64,000 nucleotides of DNA, taken from an uncultured delta proteobacterium (GTDB lineage Bacteria; Desulfobacterota; Desulfobacteria; Desulfobacterales; Desulfosalsimonadaceae). The position numbers were made by a program, and so were the translations under genes. The notes beneath the pieces are model-generated. The model searched no databases and had not been told where the DNA came from. It worked only from the letters and a program-made list of their open reading frames with translations. This document shows positions 1 through 10,227 of this stretch, in pieces (within the stretch, counting starts at the first letter, position 1; every line of letters begins with the position of its first letter). Location of the stretch: positions 64,001 to 128,000 of the forward strand of contig CAWGYD010000010.1 in the NCBI GenBank assembly GCA_963826785.1, read 5' to 3'.

Positions 1-563
1 ACAAATATGGAGCAGCTCTTATTGCCGATGTCGATATATACAAAATCCTGCGTTCCATCGGTGCTCCGGGTCAGGCACAGGGCCGCTGCCAGCCCACCGG
101 GAGTGACGATGCGGGGCTCGATGCCGATTGACTGAAAGGCGGAAACGATCTGTTGAAGCCTGACGGTCTGGATCACGGCGGCAAAAATATCGGTATGCTC
201 GCTCCGGCGCCGGGCATGGAAATCATAGGTCAACTCATCGATGGGAAACGGCAGCGTCGGTTCGATTTCAAACGGGAGCACCTGCCGGATTTTTTTCCGG
301 TCCTTGAACGGCACCTGGAGGTTGCGGAAAGAAATCAGTTCCGCGGGAACCGATACCAGTGTTTCCACGTCGGCCATATCGATCTGCTCGATGACCTGCT
401 TGAGGGCCAGGGCCAGCGGCGGCTCGGAATCGTCATAAAACTTCAACAACCCGGATTGCTCGACATGGAAACCGGCATCGATTTCGCTGCCCTTGATGGT
501 ATTTTTCACCAGCAGGGCGGACAGGCTGTCGGTCCGTATGTCAATGGCTAATATTTTTCTCAT
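1..563 (-). CDS. gspL: Type II secretion protein L / PilM-like, N-terminal part (runs off window start)
   Basis: Manually read on minus strand: ATG at 563 preceded by AAGGA, MRKILAIDIRTDSLSALLVKN... (actin-like 'LAIDI' start); lies directly downstream of gspK. Not in ORF track because truncated. Confidence 0.7.
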   Translation of the reverse strand, partial: MRKILAIDIRTDSLSALLVKNTIKGSEIDAGFHVEQSGLLKFYDDSEPPLALALKQVIEQIDMADVETLVSVPAELISFRNLQVPFKDRKKIRQVLPFEIEPTLPFPIDELTYDFHARRRSEHTDIFAAVIQTVRLQQIVSAFQSIGIEPRIVTPGGLAAALCLTRSTDGTQDFVYIDIGNKSCSIF

Positions 564-620
564 AATCCTTTACTTTATCTCTTGCGCAAAAAATCTGCAG
601 CGGACTTTTTTTATCCTGCA

Positions 621-1715
621 TTACTCGTATACCCAGCTGATCACCCGACAGTACCATTTGCCGGTTTCGCTGTTTTTTTCCCGCATGACGATCACCCGGG
701 CATTGGCTGTCCGGTCATGCAGCGTTCCGCTGCATTCGATGCGGAATATATCGCTTTGGGTGGTGATCAGTCCGGGGTCGATCTCCACGTCCCCGGCGCC
801 GGGCACCTCCTTGTACCAGGTGGGACTGGTCAGTTCATGAAGGAACTGGTCTTCCGACTTTTCCTCCCGGTAAGCCGCAATTTCTGCGGCCAGAAACTCC
901 TGCCCGATGGGGAGCATGGCGGCGATCACCGGTATATCAGCGGTATTTATATTGATTTTTCCTTCGAAGGTAAAGCGATTATTTGCCGCGGTCGCCCCAA
1001 AAACACTCATATACTGAGAAATGCCCGCCAGAATGTCGCTGGAACTGTAAAACAGCTCCGGCGTAATGTTTTTAATCCGGGTCAGCTCCTCGATGTGCCG
1101 GATGGGACCGTTCCGGCAGCTGTAGGGCGGGTCCAGGTCCTGATAATATTCATCTTCGGCCCCATTTAAGCCGGTGACGGTATCATTGTCATCGCTGTCG
1201 AGCCAGTCTTTGACCGGATTGACGATCTCGCTGGGGTCGGTGACATCCTCCATGAACGCGTTTTCATCTTCCTGGGCGGATAGAATCAGGGCCATGAACC
1301 GAAACCACAGATCCCGCTGGACCGGATTGAATTCCCTGCCGTCCGGAAACGCCACCAGGGCATTTACCTGGATCCGGGACAATTCATCGGATATAAAAAG
1401 AGAGAGGCTGCCCTCATCAAAAGGCGTCTGGGCCAGTACCTCCTCAATTTTTAAGGGATTGGCCCAATCCTCCTGGATGGAATCCACTTCCGAGTCTGCT
1501 TTGTCCGCAATCAGCAGGGACTGGGCGATGGTCACCCCGGATTCGATCATGTTCGTGAGTTCCAACCGGTCCCGGGCATTGGCGGCATCTTCGACCCCGC
1601 CGCGAATCTGCCGGTTGAGTTCGAAGGTCATGGCCACCAGCAGCGAAATGATCGCCAGCGTAATGATCAGGGCGATTCCGCGATTATTGTTCAAAACGGC
1701 ATTGGGGCCTTTCAT
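621..1715 (-). CDS. gspK: Type II secretion minor pseudopilin K
   Basis: RG|IALIITL prepilin-like N-terminus, DELSRIQVN, DWLDSD, GAEDEYY, GKININTA motifs typical of GspK; ATG at 1715 just after gspJ stop. Confidence 0.92.
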   Translation of the reverse strand: MKGPNAVLNNNRGIALIITLAIISLLVAMTFELNRQIRGGVEDAANARDRLELTNMIESGVTIAQSLLIADKADSEVDSIQEDWANPLKIEEVLAQTPFDEGSLSLFISDELSRIQVNALVAFPDGREFNPVQRDLWFRFMALILSAQEDENAFMEDVTDPSEIVNPVKDWLDSDDNDTVTGLNGAEDEYYQDLDPPYSCRNGPIRHIEELTRIKNITPELFYSSSDILAGISQYMSVFGATAANNRFTFEGKININTADIPVIAAMLPIGQEFLAAEIAAYREEKSEDQFLHELTSPTWYKEVPGAGDVEIDPGLITTQSDIFRIECSGTLHDRTANARVIVMREKNSETGKWYCRVISWVYE

Positions 1716-1716
1716 G

Positions 1717-2451
1717 CTATTTGATCTCTTCCCGGTAGACCGGCAGCGCAACACGGGTCCGAAAGGTGTAGGTTTCGGACTGCTGCTTCAACGTCAGCTC
1801 GATCTCCACGGCCCTGGGGGTGGCATATTTGATGAAATCGGACTGGGAATCCCATTGTTCCTGGGCTTCTCCGGCCGGGTCATAATAGGTTATCTTGATC
1901 TCCGATACGGATTCGCACAGCACGGGGTCCAATTCGGAATCCTCGAACCGCTCTTTTTCCTTCTGATCGTACGGATAAATATGATCTGCCCGCTTCAGAA
2001 CATAATCGGGCTCCCCTCCTTCTCCCCGGTTTTCGACGTAATAGATGATCTCGGCAATGCCTTTCTGCCGCTCATCCCCCATGGGCAGATGGGAAGCGGA
2101 AGCGAACCGGAGCCGGGGAAAACTCTGCGTGCCCACAAACTGCTCTTCTCCCACAAACCGGTAAGGGTCGGGGGGGGCATTATAATCCGGTTTTTTGAAC
2201 ATGGGCGGCAGTTCGATATAGAGTGTTTTCAAATCCATGGTCATTCGGTTCAATGCCGTCTGGGCGGACTCATAGACATCCATGCCCCGGGTGATGGCGT
2301 GGTTTTTGGACGCCACCGCGTTAAAAGACCCATAGATGGTGGCTGCCACCACGGCAAAAATAAAAATGGCGATCAGCACCTCCAGAAGCGTAAAGCCGGC
2401 TTGGGGGTTTGCATGCCGCTGCTTTTTTTTTCTCATCCGGTCAGGACGCAT
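1717..2451 (-). CDS. gspJ: Type II secretion minor pseudopilin J
   Basis: AG|FTLLEVLIAI N-methylation motif, C-terminal PRAVEIEL; position between I and K. Confidence 0.85.
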   Translation of the reverse strand: MRPDRMRKKKQRHANPQAGFTLLEVLIAIFIFAVVAATIYGSFNAVASKNHAITRGMDVYESAQTALNRMTMDLKTLYIELPPMFKKPDYNAPPDPYRFVGEEQFVGTQSFPRLRFASASHLPMGDERQKGIAEIIYYVENRGEGGEPDYVLKRADHIYPYDQKEKERFEDSELDPVLCESVSEIKITYYDPAGEAQEQWDSQSDFIKYATPRAVEIELTLKQQSETYTFRTRVALPVYREEIK

Positions 2452-2866
2452 CGGGCGCTTCGGCCTCCGGGTTGATGTACTGGGTGAAGGTGTATTTGAG
2501 GTCTTTATTGAAGGTGATAATCAGATCGATCCTTTTTAACTGAAATTTCGGCCCTTCTATAACATCGACAGGGACATCCTCGGCCTTGATCTGCCAGGCG
2601 TATCCCGGGTACTTGTCCCCGAAATCGCCGGAGCCGTCCATTTCCGCGGCAGCCGGATCGGCCTTGATTTCGGCCATCTTGGCCTGGGAGAGCAGCGAGG
2701 CCATGGTGTAAAACCGCGATGACTCATTCATGGAGATGGTCTGGCCCTGCAGGCGCAGCACGCTTACCAGCACAATGGCGATAATCGCCATGGACACCAT
2801 GACTTCAAGGAGGGTGAACCCGGCCCTTTCCATAAGCTTCCGATCGGGGGGGCTATTTAAATTCAT
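2441..2866 (-). CDS. gspI: Type II secretion minor pseudopilin I
   Basis: AG|FTLLEVMVSMAII motif, about 140 aa, order G-H-I-J-K; start codon uncertain (2878/2866). Confidence 0.85.
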   Translation of the reverse strand: MNLNSPPDRKLMERAGFTLLEVMVSMAIIAIVLVSVLRLQGQTISMNESSRFYTMASLLSQAKMAEIKADPAAAEMDGSGDFGDKYPGYAWQIKAEDVPVDVIEGPKFQLKRIDLIITFNKDLKYTFTQYINPEAEAPDAS

Positions 2867-3392
2867 GGTACTGATCATAGCGTTTCACCTGGGCCAAAAA
2901 CGGCTCGATGCGATAGGAAATGGCTTCATCTTCCGGATTTTCCACATGGAGAATGGCCATGTCGGAATATCCCTGCGGATAGAACCGGACAGCTACTGTC
3001 CCGGTGGTCTTTTTACCGGACCGGGGAAATTCTACATCGTGGAGCCGGTAACCGGCCGGGAGGCGAAATTCATTTTCTTTGGTGGCCGCTTCTGTTTCCG
3101 GGGCGGCCGCTTCTTCCGGACCGGCTTCGTCGGACACCCACATGAGATTGTTGTCAAGATCGATGTTGAGCACTTTTACCACCTGCTGGTTGACGGCCGC
3201 ATCCCCGGCGGCCCGGACATTGAGCAGAATCCAGTTCGACAGTTTTCGCTGCGGGTTGGAAAACGGATTCAAATCCAGACGGGGAAGCGCATACGCCAGC
3301 GTCGTGCTGAGAAGCGCGATCACAACGATGAGCTCGATAAGGGTAAACGCATGATTCTTACGGATATGATCGATTATGGGAAACAAGGCCAA
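2853..3392 (-). CDS. gspH: Type II secretion minor pseudopilin H
   Basis: HA|FTLIELIVVI motif, RFYPQG segment; follows gspG. Confidence 0.8.
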   Translation of the reverse strand: MALFPIIDHIRKNHAFTLIELIVVIALLSTTLAYALPRLDLNPFSNPQRKLSNWILLNVRAAGDAAVNQQVVKVLNIDLDNNLMWVSDEAGPEEAAAPETEAATKENEFRLPAGYRLHDVEFPRSGKKTTGTVAVRFYPQGYSDMAILHVENPEDEAISYRIEPFLAQVKRYDQYHEFK

Positions 3393-3568
3393 ACCGCTTT
3401 GCTGGATATGATTGACTGGATGGGGAATGTCAGGACTGTTTTATGCCCGTTTTTCCTTCAAAATACGACCCTGTAGAGGCTGCGTTGACACATTTAAGCG
3501 TATCCGCCAAACGTCCTTCGCCGCCTTTTTCAGCATCAATTTGGAATTCAAACGGAATTTAAAACCGG

Positions 3569-3997
3569 CTACTCGATATCCCAGTTGTTGATATCCTGGT
3601 TATACCCGTCACCCCCGGCTTCACCGTCGGCGCCATAGGAAATGATGTCATATTCCCCGTGCAGGCCGGGGGACAGATAGACATAATCATTTCCCCAGGG
3701 ATCCTTGGCGACCTTGTTCTTTTCCATATAGCCGCCTTCCCGCCAGTTTTTAGCGGTTTTTCCGGTGTCCGGCGCCTGGATCAATGCCTCAAGTCCCTGT
3801 TCGGTGGTGGGGTATGTGCCATTATCGAGCTTATATAATTTAAGAGCGGTTTCAATTGCCTGGATGTCCACTTTCGCCTTCACCTGCTTGGCCTGCTCGG
3901 GCCGGCCCATCAACCGGGGGGCCACGTACACGGCCAGGATGCTCAGGATCACGATGACCACCATCAATTCAATGAGGGTGAATCCTTTCTGGTTCAT
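3569..3997 (-). CDS. gspG: Type II secretion major pseudopilin G
   Basis: [43 protein letters not shown]...DINNW are hallmark GspG motifs; ATG at 3997 with AAGGA upstream. Confidence 0.96.
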   Translation of the reverse strand: MNQKGFTLIELMVVIVILSILAVYVAPRLMGRPEQAKQVKAKVDIQAIETALKLYKLDNGTYPTTEQGLEALIQAPDTGKTAKNWREGGYMEKNKVAKDPWGNDYVYLSPGLHGEYDIISYGADGEAGGDGYNQDINNWDIE

Positions 3998-4184
3998 TTT
4001 CGCTGCTTCCTTTTCAGTGTCACCCGCAAACGGGTGTGCACTATTTGGCATCATCCTTATCTATTTTATTTTGCATCGGAATGATGAAATGAGTTAATGA
4101 TAATTGGTTATGATCTCTATCGAATCCGCATTCAAAGATCAAGTCTTTTTCTATTTCAATGATGTATCCTGATTATAGGAGGTT

Positions 4185-4979
4185 ATGGTGAAACAGGCCG
4201 ATTATGCGGCATTTGACCGCCCCGAGATCACCCGCTTTCTTTTTCACCCCCGGTCCGAAAACGGGCTTGCTCCCCCTGCCGGATGTGATCTTCTGCGCAT
4301 CCGCACCGCCGATGGGACCCGCATCGGCGGCCGCTCCTATTTTCAGGCGGCGGAGGCGGCCCATATCCTCTTTTTTCACGGAAACGGGGAAATCGCCCAG
4401 GATTACGATGACATCGCGCGGGTATACAATTCAGTGGGCTTAAATTTCTCCGTGATCGATTACCGGGGCTATGGCACAAGCGAGGGGACGCCGACGATTG
4501 CGGCCATGCTCGCCGACAGTCATGATGTCTTTGAATTCATGGAAGGCCGGCTTGCCGAGCGCCGCCATACCGGCCCCCGGTGGATCATGGGACGATCATT
4601 GGGAAGCGCCCCGGCCATCGAAGCAGCCCATATTTTTGCGGAAAAAATTGACGGGCTGATCATCGAAAGCGGGTTTGCCCGCACTCTTGATCTGCTCGCC
4701 CGCATCGGGATCGATCCTGACCAACTGGGGATCACCGAAAACCCTGCCTCATCCAACCAGGGCAAAATCGCCGATATAGCAATCCCCACCCTGATCATGC
4801 ACGGCGAATTCGACCAGATCATCCCGGTCTCCCATGCCCGTGACCTGTTCAGACAATCACCGGCCTCCGCAAAGAAGCTGCACATCATCCCGGGTGCGGA
4901 CCACAATACCCTGATGCCTGCGGCGGGAATGGCCTATTTTCAAGTGATTTCCGATTTCATTACAGAAAATTCGAGATGA
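4185..4979 (+). CDS. Alpha/beta hydrolase
   Basis: FFHGNGE, DYRGYG, GRSLG nucleophile elbow, HGEFD, GADHN; AGGAGG RBS. Confidence 0.9.
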   Translation: MVKQADYAAFDRPEITRFLFHPRSENGLAPPAGCDLLRIRTADGTRIGGRSYFQAAEAAHILFFHGNGEIAQDYDDIARVYNSVGLNFSVIDYRGYGTSEGTPTIAAMLADSHDVFEFMEGRLAERRHTGPRWIMGRSLGSAPAIEAAHIFAEKIDGLIIESGFARTLDLLARIGIDPDQLGITENPASSNQGKIADIAIPTLIMHGEFDQIIPVSHARDLFRQSPASAKKLHIIPGADHNTLMPAAGMAYFQVISDFITENSR

Positions 4980-5066
4980 TGAGGGGATTGAAAAGCCAGT
5001 CATCATGAGTCAGGACGAACACGATAATCCGATACTTTATACTTAATCATCCAAGGAACTTAAAAA

Positions 5067-6422
5067 ATGTCAAAAATACATGATTGTTCGTTGATTGACA
5101 CCGCCACCCACTGGGACGATGCGCCGGAAATAATCGCGGTGTCCGCATCGGACCGGCAGGCTCTGGCAGGAAAGCTTTCCCGGCTGAGCAAAGCGTTTTT
5201 AAACGGCACGCCCCTTGCCGATGTCGCCGGGGAATCGCGCAGGACCTTTGAACCGCAAATGCCCTGCCGCCTGGCCATGACAATGGAAAACGAAGTTGAG
5301 ATGCAGCAGATCGACGGCGTTGTCACGGCTTTAATGGCCGATCCGCCGACGGATGTCGAATCCGGCGCCATCTGGTTTGGTGAGAACCCGGCGCCCGGCC
5401 GGCTGGCGTTTGTGTTTCCGGGCCAGGGCAGCCAGTACGTCATGATGGGAAGCGACCTGGTGACCGCGTTTCCCGAAGCCCGGCAGATGATTGCCGCCGC
5501 CGAATCCGCGTTTGGAAAAGATGCATCCCTGATCCAACTTATGTATCCGCCCGAAACCGCCGACCAGGCCGAACAGACCGCCCAGGAGGAAAGCCTGCGG
5601 TCCACGGATGCGGCCCAGCCCGCCATCGGGGCCGTCAGCCTGGCCATGGCCCGGATCCTGGCCCGATTCGACATCGTGCCGGACGGAACCTGCGGGCACA
5701 GCTACGGGGAGCTGACCGCCCTTTGCGTGTCGGGCCGCATCACCCGGGAGGCCTTTTTGGATCTGTCGGCAGCCCGTGGAAAATTCATGGCCCAGGCAGG
5801 AAAATCCGGTGAAAAGGGCGGTATGATGGCCATACGCGCACCCATGGATAAAATCGAATCCATCATTTCAGAGAACAAACTGGATGTGGTGCTGGCCAAC
5901 CGCAACAGCCCGGACCAGGGGGTGGTCTCCGGCCCGGTGACCGAAATTGAAAAGATGAAGACCGTTTGCCGGGAAAACCGGGTGGTGGCCAGTATCCTGC
6001 CGGTATCGGCCGCCTTTCACAGCCGACTGGTCCAGGACGCGGCCACGCCTTTCAAGGAATTGCTGGCACGGGTTGAGTTTCATGCATCTAAAACCGCAGT
6101 TTATTCCAATACCACGGCCCGGCCCTATCCAAATGATCCGCAGTCAACCGCAAAACAGCTGGGGGAGCACCTGCTTAACCCGGTCCGGTTTGCAGAAGAA
6201 ATACAAAGTATGCATGAAGACGGGTTTAAAACCTTCGTGGAAGTGGGTCCCAAAGCCGTACTGACCGGCCTGGTCAAGGCTATCCTGAAATCCCGGACGG
6301 TTGATGCCGTCGCCCTGGATGCCGCCGCGGGCCGCCGCCCCGGCATGTGGGACCTGGCCCGCCTGCTCTGCTTCCTGGCCTCCCGGGGATATCCCGTGGC
6401 TCTTCATAAATGGCGGAGATGA
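5067..6422 (+). CDS. Stand-alone type I PKS/PUFA-synthase-like acyltransferase (malonyl-CoA:ACP transacylase domain with KS-AT linker)
   Basis: AFVFPGQGSQY, AQPAI, GHSYGE, VSAAFHS, PVRF, FVEVGP motifs; N-terminal linker-like region. Confidence 0.85.
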   Translation: MSKIHDCSLIDTATHWDDAPEIIAVSASDRQALAGKLSRLSKAFLNGTPLADVAGESRRTFEPQMPCRLAMTMENEVEMQQIDGVVTALMADPPTDVESGAIWFGENPAPGRLAFVFPGQGSQYVMMGSDLVTAFPEARQMIAAAESAFGKDASLIQLMYPPETADQAEQTAQEESLRSTDAAQPAIGAVSLAMARILARFDIVPDGTCGHSYGELTALCVSGRITREAFLDLSAARGKFMAQAGKSGEKGGMMAIRAPMDKIESIISENKLDVVLANRNSPDQGVVSGPVTEIEKMKTVCRENRVVASILPVSAAFHSRLVQDAATPFKELLARVEFHASKTAVYSNTTARPYPNDPQSTAKQLGEHLLNPVRFAEEIQSMHEDGFKTFVEVGPKAVLTGLVKAILKSRTVDAVALDAAAGRRPGMWDLARLLCFLASRGYPVALHKWRR

Positions 6423-6439
6423 TTTTTTTCGCAATCGAT

Positions 6440-9400
6440 TTAATTTGCAATAGTTTTCCCGCAGTAGGGGCAGAATTTGAAATCCTCCATGGCCAGCGGC
6501 TGTTTGCAGGATTTGCACATATCCGCGGTGGGCATGAGTTCCACCAGCAGTTCGCCCTCCTGGACCGGCACCATTTTGCGGTCTTCCTTGTAATTGGCGG
6601 TTTTCAGCACCCGTTTGACCACGCCGTCCACCTTGGCCGCCACCGCTTTTTCCTGTTTCATGATGGAGACGTTGAACAGTTCATCGCCGGCCTTGACGAA
6701 CTCGCCCACATCCACGTACATGGCCCACAGATCGCCATTGCTGGGCGCCGCAAGGTGGAGGCTGTTCTTGGGATCGGCCATCTCCAGGGATGATCCTTCA
6801 TGGGATTCGGGTTCACGCACCTGGACCTGGCAGGTGAAGATCTCGGAATCCAGCAGGTACCGGACCACGCTCATCCCCTTTTTGCGGGGGGGGGATATGT
6901 CAAAAATCACCATCTTATGGGGTTTTCCCAGGCTGTCCGTGAACTGGAGTTCCTGGTTGCGTTCCAAGCCCTCGAACCAGACATCCAGCGGCAGCTGATT
7001 GGGATTTCCGAACCGCTTTTGAAATTCAATGGTTTTGAGCGCATCTCCCGGATGGTTCAGGTACAGCACCAGTTCTTCCTCCGTAGGCTGCCGCTTGATC
7101 ATTTCCTGGAGCTGTTTTCTTTCCTTTTCGATGTCCACTTCCTCCAGAAATTCCAGCGGGGATGATTCGGTCCGGTTTTCCAGCGCCCACTGGCTGTCGG
7201 GGCCGAATACGCTATGATAGACCCATTCATCCGGAAAGCCCAGTGGGAGCTTTCCATACTTGCCCAGCAGCAGGTCCTTGAATGCATCATTGCTGTCCCG
7301 GTAAAGCTTCAGCCGGTCCCGGCGCATCTCTTCGTTCAGCTCATGTTCGGGAACGGTCGCCACGGTTTCCAGCACCTTGAGCATGTGCCGGACATGGCGC
7401 TCCCCTCCCCTCTTGAAGGCGCCGGTGACCGCCAGGAACGCCGTGTTCCAGGTGATCTGGGATCCCGGGGTGACATCATGGTACCTCACAATCTTGCGGG
7501 TGCCGGCCAGGAAACGCAGCATGTAGGGGAGCAGCCGGATGTAGCCCTGCTTGAGCGCCCCTTCCTGGGACGAGGAGGTGGCCCCGCCCGGCATGCCGTG
7601 TTCCACCACGTCATAGTCGATCCCCTGGAAATGGGGGGAGCAGTACCGGTCATAGAAGGGCATGATCTGCTTGAGAAGGAAGTTGCACTGCCGGATCATC
7701 TCCTTGTTCAGGCGGGTTTTGAGCCCCAGTTCCTCTTCCATGTAGGCGGCGGTGGAAAGCACTTCCCCCTGTCCGTACCAGCGGACCGATGCACCGATGG
7801 CCGTGTCCACGATGTGGGCGCCGGCTGCGGCGGCGGCCCCCACCGCCGGGACGAACAGGCCGTCGGTATAATGCCGGTGATAATGCAGGACCAGATCGGG
7901 ATACTTGCTGCGGATAGCTTGAACCAGTTCGCGTATGAACCGCGGCGGACATACCCCGGCCATGTCTTTCAAGCCCAGGATAATCAGCCGGCTGGCGGCT
8001 TTTGTGCTCACCCCGGCCGCATCGGCCGTCATTTTCAGGATTTCTTCGGTCACGGTCAGGTAGCGGTTCACATCAAATCCCCGGGCATAGGAAAGCGATA
8101 TGGCCGGTTCAAAAATGTTGGCGCCGGAATTGAGCACGATTTCCGCAAACGGCCGCATGTTTTCGGTATGGTTGAGAAAATCAAAGCACCGGATCACGTC
8201 GTAATGCTGGCAGATCATCTCCGCCGTCTTTTGCATCACCGAAGCCGGCTGGGGTTTGTATCCCAGGACATTGGTGGAGCGGATGAGGACCTGCTTTAAA
8301 CTGTGGGGCGCAAACACATCCCATTCCGCCGCCTCGGAGAACGGATAGGTCATGTTGGCCAGCATGGCCACGTGAAAATGGGCCCCGCCTCCGTTTTCGA
8401 TGGAGAAGAACCCGCAGCCGTCCAGATACGGGCCGATGACCCGGTCCTCGGCCAGCCGGAACCGGTTTCCGCTGTTGGACTGGGTGATATCCCGGGTGGT
8501 GGTGTCGGTGAAATGGACAAATCCGCTGTCCCGGACAAAATCCAGGACCGCCTTCCGGTCCCCCCGCGGATAATGAAAATCTTCTGCAACCTTTCTGATC
8601 CGGGGTTTTACAATTTCGATCCGCTCCAGCCGCTTGTCGGATATGCCGCGGTATTCACCCAACTGGACATATGGATTGTACCCCCGGGCGGATATTTCGG
8701 CCACCAGCCGGGACAGCCGCAGGGATTCGGGCTCCTGGTCCGTATAATCCATGAGTTCCGGATTTTCCTCGATAAACCGGGTGTCGTAATCCGCCCGGAC
8801 GAATCCGGGGTGCTTGATGATCTGCCTGAGAAAGGGGATGGTGGTCTTTACCCCGCCCACCATGTATTCCCGCAGGGCCCGCTGGATGATTTTCACGGTT
8901 TTGATCCAGGAATTGCCGTAGGCGATGAGCAGCGCTGCGGCAGAATCATAATTGGAAGGAAAGCGGTACCCTTCCGTTACGCAGGAGTCGAGACGGATGC
9001 CCTGCCCGCCCGGCGACACGTACCGGGTGATCGTGCCGGAATTGGGGGCGAACTGGTTCTGGGGGTCCTCGCAGTTGATCCGGACCTGCATGGCATGCTG
9101 GAACGGTTTAGTGGTTTTTTCGGAAAACCGCAGCTTGGCGCCAAAGGCAATGGCCACCTGCTCCTCCACAAGATCGATGCCGTAGCGGCACTCTGTGATC
9201 CCGTGCTCTACCTGGAGCCGGGTGTTGACCTCGATCAGGTAGGGATTGGCATCCCGATCCAGCAGGAACTCCACCGTGGCCAGGGAATGATACCCCACTG
9301 CCTGGATCAGTTTTTCCGAATACTGCTTCAGGCGCTTTCTGATGGCAGGCGTCATGCCGCTCCAGGGGGAAGGCGTGATTTCCACCAGTTTCTGGTGGTT

Positions 9401-10135
9401 GCGCTGAACCGTACAGTCGCGCTCGTCGAAGGCGAACACGTTTCCATATTGGTCGGCAATCACCTGAATTTCAATGTGCCGGACCGATGTCAAAAATTTT
9501 TCCACGTACAGGCGGGAATTGCCGAATGCGGCCTCGGCCATGACCGATGCCTTGGTAAACGCCTTTTCCAGCTGTTCATCGGACCAGACTTCATAAATGC
9601 CCCGCCCGCCGCCGCCGCCTTCTGCTTTGAGCATGATGGGGTAGCCGATCTCTTTTGCGATTTTCTTGGCCTGGGCAATGGTGACCGCTTTTTCAGAACC
9701 CGGCACCACCGGGACATCGAGTTTCCGGGCAAGATTTCGAACCGCCACCTTGTTGCCCAGGGTCTTCATTCCATCAGCCGGCGGACCGATGAAGGTGATG
9801 CCGGCTTTTTTGCATTTAGCCGGAAACTGGTCGTTCTCCGCAATGAATCCCCAGCCCGGATGGATGCCGATGATCCCCCTCTTCCTGGCTTTACGGATGA
9901 TCAGGTCGAGATCCAGATAGGCATTTGGGTCTTCCCCCAGCAGGAGCAGTTCATAGGCGCCCAGCGTGGAAGGGGAAGTCTTGTCCACGTCGGTGGCCGT
10001 CATGATGGGCACCGCCTCCAGGCGCTCGGATATGGACCGGCTGATCCGGCGGGCGGGGATTCCCCGATTGGCGATCAGAATCGGTTTGCCTTCGATTTCC
10101 TTCTGTACCTGTTCAAATGTTTTCGGCTTGCGCAT
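6440..10135 (-). CDS. pyc: Pyruvate carboxylase (BC-CT-BCCP, C-terminal Zn ribbon)
   Basis: ILIANRG, HPGWGF, GGGGRG, RDCTVQR, EVNTRLQVEH biotin carboxylase; TDTTTRD and LKDMAG carboxyltransferase; IMKQ biotinyl lysine. Confidence 0.93.
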   Translation of the reverse strand: MRKPKTFEQVQKEIEGKPILIANRGIPARRISRSISERLEAVPIMTATDVDKTSPSTLGAYELLLLGEDPNAYLDLDLIIRKARKRGIIGIHPGWGFIAENDQFPAKCKKAGITFIGPPADGMKTLGNKVAVRNLARKLDVPVVPGSEKAVTIAQAKKIAKEIGYPIMLKAEGGGGGRGIYEVWSDEQLEKAFTKASVMAEAAFGNSRLYVEKFLTSVRHIEIQVIADQYGNVFAFDERDCTVQRNHQKLVEITPSPWSGMTPAIRKRLKQYSEKLIQAVGYHSLATVEFLLDRDANPYLIEVNTRLQVEHGITECRYGIDLVEEQVAIAFGAKLRFSEKTTKPFQHAMQVRINCEDPQNQFAPNSGTITRYVSPGGQGIRLDSCVTEGYRFPSNYDSAAALLIAYGNSWIKTVKIIQRALREYMVGGVKTTIPFLRQIIKHPGFVRADYDTRFIEENPELMDYTDQEPESLRLSRLVAEISARGYNPYVQLGEYRGISDKRLERIEIVKPRIRKVAEDFHYPRGDRKAVLDFVRDSGFVHFTDTTTRDITQSNSGNRFRLAEDRVIGPYLDGCGFFSIENGGGAHFHVAMLANMTYPFSEAAEWDVFAPHSLKQVLIRSTNVLGYKPQPASVMQKTAEMICQHYDVIRCFDFLNHTENMRPFAEIVLNSGANIFEPAISLSYARGFDVNRYLTVTEEILKMTADAAGVSTKAASRLIILGLKDMAGVCPPRFIRELVQAIRSKYPDLVLHYHRHYTDGLFVPAVGAAAAAGAHIVDTAIGASVRWYGQGEVLSTAAYMEEELGLKTRLNKEMIRQCNFLLKQIMPFYDRYCSPHFQGIDYDVVEHGMPGGATSSSQEGALKQGYIRLLPYMLRFLAGTRKIVRYHDVTPGSQITWNTAFLAVTGAFKRGGERHVRHMLKVLETVATVPEHELNEEMRRDRLKLYRDSNDAFKDLLLGKYGKLPLGFPDEWVYHSVFGPDSQWALENRTESSPLEFLEEVDIEKERKQLQEMIKRQPTEEELVLYLNHPGDALKTIEFQKRFGNPNQLPLDVWFEGLERNQELQFTDSLGKPHKMVIFDISPPRKKGMSVVRYLLDSEIFTCQVQVREPESHEGSSLEMADPKNSLHLAAPSNGDLWAMYVDVGEFVKAGDELFNVSIMKQEKAVAAKVDGVVKRVLKTANYKEDRKMVPVQEGELLVELMPTADMCKSCKQPLAMEDFKFCPYCGKTIAN

Positions 10136-10227
10136 CTGCTCTATCTTTCCATATCTAAAAGGTTTTGCTTACCGGACCCGCAAAAGATCCGGTTTCCTTC
10201 GCATTGCAAAAAAATCACCGGGTAAGG

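Noticed and set aside
1174..2475. 433-aa plus-strand ORF and similar overlapping ORFs (e.g. 13913-15178, 60384-61550)
   Set aside because: Antisense to well-supported genes, no domain signatures.
8303..10225. 640-aa plus-strand ORF
   Set aside because: Antisense shadow of pyc with no recognisable motifs; expected in GC-rich coding DNA.
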